Source: Escherichia phage AV122
Direction: 5' to 3' (one strand)
Sequence record: OR352952.1
DNA: 64,000 bases
Notes under the pieces: generated by a model
Told to the model about the DNA's origin: nothing
Database searches by the model: none
The model's input: only the letters and a program-made list of their open reading frames with translations
Made by a program: the position numbers and the translations under genes
Shown here: positions 58,454 to 64,000 of the stretch, piece by piece
Layout: each line of letters begins with the position of its first letter
How positions within the stretch are numbered: the stretch's first letter is position 1

Positions 58454-59569
58454 ATGGAAAAATTTATGGCAGAGTTTGGACAAGGATATGTCCAAACGCC
58501 ATTTTTATCGGAAAGTAATTCAGTAAGATATAAAATAAGTATAGCGGGTTCTTGCCCGCTTTCTACTGCAGGACCATACGTTAAATTTCAAGATAATCCT
58601 GTTGGAAGTCAAACATTTAGCGCAGGTCTTCATCTAAGAGTTTTTGACCCTTCCACCGGAGCATTAGTTGATAGTAAGTCATATGCTTTTTCTACTTCAA
58701 ATGATACTACATCAGCTGCTTTTGTTAGTTTCATGAATTCTTTGACGAATAATCGAATTGTCGCTATATTAACTAGTGGAAAGGTTAATTTTCCTCCTGA
58801 AGTAGTATCTTGGCTAAGAACTGCAGGAACGTCTGCTTTTCCATCTGATTCTATATTGTCAAGATTCGACGTATCATATGCTGCTTTTTATACTTCTTCT
58901 AAAAGAGCTATCGCATTAGAGCATGTTAAATTAAGTAATAGAAAAAGCACAGATGATTATCAAACTATTTTAGATGTTGTATTTGACAGTTTAGAGGACG
59001 TTGGAGCCACAGGATTTCCTAAAAGAACATACGAAAGCGTTGAGCAATTTATGTCGGCGGTTGGAGGAACTAATAACGAAATTGCACGTCTACCAACTTC
59101 AGCTGCTATAAGTAAACTCTCTGATTATAATTTAATTCCTGGTGACGTTCTTTATCTTAAAGCCCAGTTATATGCCGATGCTGATTTACTTGCGCTTGGA
59201 ACTACAAATATATCTATCCGTTTTTATAATGCATCTAATGGATATATTTCCTCGACACAAGCTGAGTTTACTGGACAGGCTGGGTCTTGGGAATTAAAGG
59301 AAGACTATGTAGTTGTTCCAGAAAATGCAGTTGGATTTACGATATATGCACAAAGAACTGCTCAAGCTGGACAAGGCGGTATGCGAAATTTAAGCTTTTC
59401 TGAAGTATCAAGAAACGGCGGCATTTCAAAACCTGCTGAATTTGGTGTCAATGGTATTCGTGTTAATTATATCTGTGAATCTGCTTCACCTCCGGATATA
59501 ATGGTACTTCCTACGCAAGCATCGTCTAAAACTGGTAAAGTGTTTGGGCAAGAATTTAGAGAAGTATAA
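58454..59569 (+). CDS. 35: long tail fibre hinge connector gp35
   Basis: 371 aa; synteny. Confidence 0.9.
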   Translation: MEKFMAEFGQGYVQTPFLSESNSVRYKISIAGSCPLSTAGPYVKFQDNPVGSQTFSAGLHLRVFDPSTGALVDSKSYAFSTSNDTTSAAFVSFMNSLTNNRIVAILTSGKVNFPPEVVSWLRTAGTSAFPSDSILSRFDVSYAAFYTSSKRAIALEHVKLSNRKSTDDYQTILDVVFDSLEDVGATGFPKRTYESVEQFMSAVGGTNNEIARLPTSAAISKLSDYNLIPGDVLYLKAQLYADADLLALGTTNISIRFYNASNGYISSTQAEFTGQAGSWELKEDYVVVPENAVGFTIYAQRTAQAGQGGMRNLSFSEVSRNGGISKPAEFGVNGIRVNYICESASPPDIMVLPTQASSKTGKVFGQEFREV

Positions 59570-59574
59570 ATTGA

Positions 59575-59592
59575 GGGAGCCTTCGGGTTCCC
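59575..59592 (+). terminator. stem-loop after gene 35
   Basis: GGGAGCC-TTCG-GGTTCCC followed by T-run. Confidence 0.6.
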
Positions 59593-59600
59593 TTTTTCTT

Positions 59601-59608
59601 TATAAATA
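59601..59608 (+). promoter_or_regulatory. late promoter TATAAATA for gene 36
   Basis: Exact TATAAATA after hairpin 59575-59592. Confidence 0.7.
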
Positions 59609-59631
59609 CTATTAAAATAAAGGGGCATACA

Positions 59632-60297
59632 ATGGCTGATTTAAAAGTAGGTTCAACAACCGGAGGCTCTGTCATTTGGCATCAAGGAAATTTTCCATTG
59701 AATCCAGCCGGTGACGATGTACTCTATAAATCATTTAAAATATATTCAGAATATAATAAACCACAGGCAGCTGATAACGATTTCGTTTCTAAAGCTAATG
59801 GTGGTACTTATGCATCAAAGGTAACATTTAACGGCGGCGTCCAAGTCCCGTATGCTGTAAACAACACAAACCCATGCGGTATTTATCCAGGTAACGGTGA
59901 TAATGCTACTTTTGCTGTAGCAAATATTGATATTGTTTCGTGGAATGGTATTGGTTTTAAATCATCGCAAGGTTCAGCAGCCCGAACTGTTGTAATTAAT
60001 GCACGTAATGGTGATATTAATACAAAAGGTGTTGTGTCTGCGGCAGGTCAAGTAAGAAGTGATGCAGCTGCTCCTATAGCAGCGAACGACCTTACTAGAA
60101 AGGACTATGTTGATGGAGCAATAAATACTGTTACAGCAAATGCGAACTCTAGAGTGTTGCGTTCTGGCGACACTATGATAGGTAATTTAACCGCGCCAAA
60201 CTTTTTCTCACAGAATCCTGCGTCTCAACCTTCACATGTTCCACGATTTGACCAAATCGTAATTAAGGATTCTGTTCAAGATTTCGGCTATTATTAA
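59632..60297 (+). CDS. 36: long tail fibre distal connector gp36
   Basis: 221 aa; late promoter and terminator hairpin upstream. Confidence 0.9.
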   Translation: MADLKVGSTTGGSVIWHQGNFPLNPAGDDVLYKSFKIYSEYNKPQAADNDFVSKANGGTYASKVTFNGGVQVPYAVNNTNPCGIYPGNGDNATFAVANIDIVSWNGIGFKSSQGSAARTVVINARNGDINTKGVVSAAGQVRSDAAAPIAANDLTRKDYVDGAINTVTANANSRVLRSGDTMIGNLTAPNFFSQNPASQPSHVPRFDQIVIKDSVQDFGYY

Positions 60298-60305
60298 GAG
60301 GACTT

Positions 60306-63300
60306 ATGGCTACTTTAAAACAAATACAATTTAAAAGAAGCAAAACTGCAGGTCAACGTCCTGCTGCTTCAGTATTAGCCGAAGGTGAATTGGCTATAAA
60401 CTTAAAAGACCGTACTCTTTTTACTAAAGATGACTCGGGAAATATTATTGATTTAAGCATTACCGCTGGCGGTAATATTAGTGGAAATATCACTCAAACT
60501 GGCGATTATACACAGACTGGAAAATTTAATTTAATTGGTCCGCAAATTGTAGCAAGCGGTGGATATATTGAGTTTAATTATCGTACTACTGGAAGTGGGG
60601 CTTGGTCCGGTCAACACACTGCAAAAGCTCCAATTTTTGTAGATTTAAGCTCAGCTACTTCCACATCTGAATATAATCCTATAATTAAACAGCGCTTTAA
60701 AGATGGTACTTTTTCATTAGGTACTTTAGTTTCTGAAGGTTCGTTGAAGATTCATTATATCAATGAATCTGGCGATTCGAAATATTGGACGTTTCGACGT
60801 GACGGCGGATTTACTGTTGACGGTGGAGGTTTAGCAGTATCAGGAGGTAGTATAACTACAACCGGAAATATTGCAGCTCTCGGAAATATTACTTCGCCTC
60901 AGATTAATACTAAAAATATTATTTTAGATACAAAAGCATTTGGACAATACGACAGTCAGTCTTTAGTTAATTACGTATACCCGGGCACCGGTGAAGAAAA
61001 TGGTATAAACTATCTTCGTAAAGTTCGGTCTAAATCAGGTGGAACTATTTACCATGAAATTTGTACAGCTCAGACTGGGCTAGCTGATGAAGTTTCTTGG
61101 TGGACTGGTAATACACCGTTATTTAAACTATACGGTATTCGTAACGACGGTAGAATGATTATTCGCAATAGCTTGGCCATCGGGACCGTGACTGAAGGAT
61201 ACCCGTCAAGCGATTATGGAAATACCGGGGTAATGGGAGATAGGTATTTAGCTATTGGCGATAATGCTTCTGGACTTAAATGGGTTCGTACTGGCGTTTA
61301 TGACCTGATGGCTAATGGTATTTCATCTGCTACCATTTTGAACAACGGTATTAACAGCACCAAGAAATTGATGGTTGGTTATAGTCGAGATTCCGGTTCT
61401 ACTTGGGATTTTCCAAATAACAACCAGGCAATGTTTACTGCGCGTACCGATGTTGATGGTAATAATAACGGTGATGGGCAAACTCATATCGGTTATAACA
61501 GTAATTCTAAAATGTATCACTATTTCCGTGGTGCAGGTCGTATGTCCGTTAGTATGGGCGATGGACTTCTTGTTGAGCCGGGTATTTTAGACATTAAAAC
61601 TGGGTCTAATAGAGTTGCTATTAGAGCAGATGGTACATTTGACTCAACCCAACGTATTTCTATGCGTACGGGCTTGTTTTTAAATGGTGATGATAATACT
61701 AATGCTTTATCGTTTAAAGCTCCTACCGGTGTTGACGGAACCAAAACCATTAACTGGGATGCAGGCACTCGTAACGGACAGAATAAAAATACTGTTTCAA
61801 TTAAAGCATGGGGTAATGCCTTTAACTCAGTTCCCGGTATTAGAGAAACTGTATTTGAAGTATATGATTCACAAGGTTATTATTTTTATTCACAACGCCA
61901 GCGCCCAGAAGGTTCTGAAACTGTTGGGCCCGTTGTAACCCAGTTCAATGGACCAGTTAATGCTAACGGCTCTATTAGCACTGCAGGAAATCTTAAAGTT
62001 GATGGTTTAAGCACTTTAAACGGTAATGTTACAATGAAGAACGGCTTGTTTGTCCAAGGTGGTTCTTCTATTACTGGGCAAGTTAAAATCGGCGGAACAA
62101 CAAATGCATTAAGAATTTGGAATGCCGAATATGGCGCTATTTTCCGTCGTTCAGAAAGTAACTTTTATATTATTCCAACCAATAAAAATGAAGGCGAAAG
62201 TGGAGACATTCACAGCTCTTTAAGACCTGTGAGAATAGGATTAAACGATGGCATGGTTGGGTTAGGAAGAGATTCTTTTATAGTAGATCAAAATAATGCT
62301 TTAACTACTATAAACAGTAACTCTCGCATTAATGCCAACTTTAGAATGCAATTAGGACAAAATGCTTATATAGATATTGAGGCTTCTGATGGAGTTCGCC
62401 CAACAGGTTGTGGTTCCTTTGCATCTCAGAATGACGTAAACGTCAGAGCTCCAATTTATATGAATATAGAGCGTACTGCTACTTCTGAATACATTCCTAT
62501 TGTTAAACAACGGTATGTAAAGGGTGATAGTACTTATTCTATTGGTACCTTGATTTCTCAGGGAGACTTCCGCGTCCATTATCACCAGGGAACTAGCACC
62601 AATGGCGTAGATTTGAGTTGGGAATTCCGTCGCACAGGCGATTTCCGCGCGCCAGGTAAAATTATTGCCGGTGCTGCTACTCTTGGCACGGATGGTAATA
62701 TTACTGGCGGTTCTGGTAACTTTGCTAACTTGAACACAACTATCGAATCATTAAAAACCGATATTGTTTCAAGTTACCCAATCGGTGCTCCTATTCCATG
62801 GCCAACGGATACTCCTCCTGACGGTTACGCTATTATGGAAGGCCAGACCTTTGATAAGTCTGCATACCCAAAATTGGCTATGGCTTACCCATCTGGCGTA
62901 ATTCCAGATATGCGCGGGCAAACTATCAAGGGTAAACCAAGTGGTCGTGATGTATTAAGTGCAGAAGCTGATGGTATTAAGGCTCATAGCCATAGTGCAT
63001 CGGCTTCAAGTACTGACTTAGGTACTAAAACCACGTCAAGTTTTGATTATGGTACTAAAACATCTTCAAGTTTTGATTATGGTACGAAGAACACTAATAG
63101 TACTGGTGGTCATACTCACTCTGTAAGTGGTACAACAAGTGCTGCTGGTGAGCATGCTCACCACTTAGGTCTGTTATTAGTTAACGGTGGTGATGCTTTG
63201 TACGGGTATACAACCGTTGGTAACAGCCTCCCTAGAACACTTGACTGGCTTGACAGAAGAGACAATAAATTCCCCAACACTAACACAACTGGTAACCATA

Positions 63301-63509
63301 CACATACATGGTCTGGCACTACAAGCAATGCTGGTGCTCATACACATACTGTAGGTATTGGTGCTCATACACATACTGTAGGTATTGGTGCTCATACTCA
63401 CTCGGTAGCAATTGGTTCGCATGGTCATACTATCACTGTAAATAGTACAGGTAATACAGAAAACACGGTTAAAAACATTGCTTTTAACTATATCGTTCGT
63501 TTAGCATAA
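60306..63509 (+). CDS. 37: long tail fibre distal subunit gp37 (receptor-binding tip, His-box needle)
   Basis: 1067 aa; C-terminal HxH repeats; T4-type gp38 follows. Confidence 0.9.
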   Translation: MATLKQIQFKRSKTAGQRPAASVLAEGELAINLKDRTLFTKDDSGNIIDLSITAGGNISGNITQTGDYTQTGKFNLIGPQIVASGGYIEFNYRTTGSGAWSGQHTAKAPIFVDLSSATSTSEYNPIIKQRFKDGTFSLGTLVSEGSLKIHYINESGDSKYWTFRRDGGFTVDGGGLAVSGGSITTTGNIAALGNITSPQINTKNIILDTKAFGQYDSQSLVNYVYPGTGEENGINYLRKVRSKSGGTIYHEICTAQTGLADEVSWWTGNTPLFKLYGIRNDGRMIIRNSLAIGTVTEGYPSSDYGNTGVMGDRYLAIGDNASGLKWVRTGVYDLMANGISSATILNNGINSTKKLMVGYSRDSGSTWDFPNNNQAMFTARTDVDGNNNGDGQTHIGYNSNSKMYHYFRGAGRMSVSMGDGLLVEPGILDIKTGSNRVAIRADGTFDSTQRISMRTGLFLNGDDNTNALSFKAPTGVDGTKTINWDAGTRNGQNKNTVSIKAWGNAFNSVPGIRETVFEVYDSQGYYFYSQRQRPEGSETVGPVVTQFNGPVNANGSISTAGNLKVDGLSTLNGNVTMKNGLFVQGGSSITGQVKIGGTTNALRIWNAEYGAIFRRSESNFYIIPTNKNEGESGDIHSSLRPVRIGLNDGMVGLGRDSFIVDQNNALTTINSNSRINANFRMQLGQNAYIDIEASDGVRPTGCGSFASQNDVNVRAPIYMNIERTATSEYIPIVKQRYVKGDSTYSIGTLISQGDFRVHYHQGTSTNGVDLSWEFRRTGDFRAPGKIIAGAATLGTDGNITGGSGNFANLNTTIESLKTDIVSSYPIGAPIPWPTDTPPDGYAIMEGQTFDKSAYPKLAMAYPSGVIPDMRGQTIKGKPSGRDVLSAEADGIKAHSHSASASSTDLGTKTTSSFDYGTKTSSSFDYGTKNTNSTGGHTHSVSGTTSAAGEHAHHLGLLLVNGGDALYGYTTVGNSLPRTLDWLDRRDNKFPNTNTTGNHTHTWSGTTSNAGAHTHTVGIGAHTHTVGIGAHTHSVAIGSHGHTITVNSTGNTENTVKNIAFNYIVRLA
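63021..63080 (+). repeat. in-frame tandem 30-nt repeat in gene 37 ([10 protein letters not shown] / [10 protein letters not shown])
   Basis: Two adjacent 30-nt units with 27/30 identity, degenerate third unit follows. Confidence 0.8.
63333..63386 (+). repeat. in-frame perfect tandem 27-nt repeat in gene 37 (GAHTHTVGI x2)
   Basis: Two identical 27-nt units, followed by degenerate units GAHTHSVAI and GSHGHTITV. Confidence 0.85.
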
Positions 63510-63536
63510 GGAGAGGGGCTTTGGCCCCTTCTAAAT
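63509..63536 (+). promoter_or_regulatory. gene 38 split ribosome-binding site
   Basis: AAGGAGAGGGG followed by GGGGC-UUUG-GCCCC hairpin (63515-63528) then UUCUAAAU-AUG. Confidence 0.6.
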
Positions 63537-64000
63537 ATGAAAATATATCATTATTATTTTGACACTAAAGAATTTTACAAAGAAGAAAATTACAAACCGG
63601 TTAAAGGCCTCGGTCTTCCTGCTCATTCAACAATTAAAAAACCTTTAGAACCTAAAGAAGGATATGCAGTTGTATTTGATGAACGTACTCAGGATTGGAT
63701 TTATGAAGAAGACCATCGCGGAAAACGAGCATGGACTTTTAATAAAGAAGAAATTTTTATAAGTGAAATTGGAAGCCCGGTTGGTATAACTTTTGATGAG
63801 CCTGGCGAATTTGATATATGGACTGATGACGGTTGGAAAGAAGACGAAACATATAAGCGAGTTTTAATTCGTAATAGAAAAATTGAAGAATTATATAAAG
63901 AGTTCCAAGTTTTAAATAATATGATTGAAGCTTCTGTCGCCAATAAAAAGGAAAAATTTTATTATAAAAACCTTAAGCGGTTCTTTGCTCTTTTAGAAAA
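63537..64000 (+). CDS. 38: gp38 tail-fibre assembly chaperone (T4 type), 3-prime partial at window end
   Basis: MKIYHYYFDTKEFYKEENYKPVKG... recognised as T4 gp38; runs off the window. Confidence 0.85.
   Translation, partial: MKIYHYYFDTKEFYKEENYKPVKGLGLPAHSTIKKPLEPKEGYAVVFDERTQDWIYEEDHRGKRAWTFNKEEIFISEIGSPVGITFDEPGEFDIWTDDGWKEDETYKRVLIRNRKIEELYKEFQVLNNMIEASVANKKEKFYYKNLKRFFALLE

Noticed and set aside
63333-63413. Periodic His-codon repeats at the end of gene 37 as a possible CRISPR-like or non-coding repeat array
   Set aside because: Units are 27 nt, contiguous and in-frame within gp37, encoding HxH metal-binding motifs; no spacers; the window contains no CRISPR array, tRNA or rRNA that I can recognise

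Overview
This window is a near-complete late/early gene block of a T4-like (T-even, Tequatrovirus-type) myovirus, syntenic with T4 from gene 16 (terminase small subunit) to the start of gene 38. The plus strand carries the packaging, head, baseplate and long-tail-fibre genes (16, 17, 18, 19, 20, 67, 68, 21, 22, 23, 24, then uvsW, 51, 27, 28, 29, 48, 54, then 34, 35, 36, 37, 38). The minus strand carries rnlB, hoc, inh, uvsY, 25, 26 and the large early block alt to rnh (alt x2, 30, 30.x, rIII, 31, cd, pseT, spanin pair, alc, rnlA, denA, nrdB, nrdA, td, frd, 32, 59, 33, dsbA, rnh). All identifications are from reading the translations and motifs; no database search was run. Many proteins match T4 lengths exactly, but the genome is not T4 itself: td and nrdB are uninterrupted (no group I introns), and there is no ORF-sized space at the T4 mobE and segE positions or next to gene 32. 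Features that depart from the T4 layout as I recall it are an HNH-endonuclease-like ORF between genes 18 and 19, a 115-aa ORF between frd and td, two tandem full-length Alt-type ADP-ribosyltransferase genes, a NADAR/YbiA-like ORF beside them, and a gp37 fibre tip with recent in-frame tandem duplications. Regulatory signals are abundant and readable: TATAAATA late promoters, GTTTAC/TGnTAnTAT early promoters, MotA-box middle promoters, the gene 32 operator, and hairpins splitting SD from AUG at genes 25, 38 and denA. No tRNA, rRNA or CRISPR array was found. Several starts in the ORF track are TTG/GTG upstream extensions and were moved to the SD-preceded ATG.
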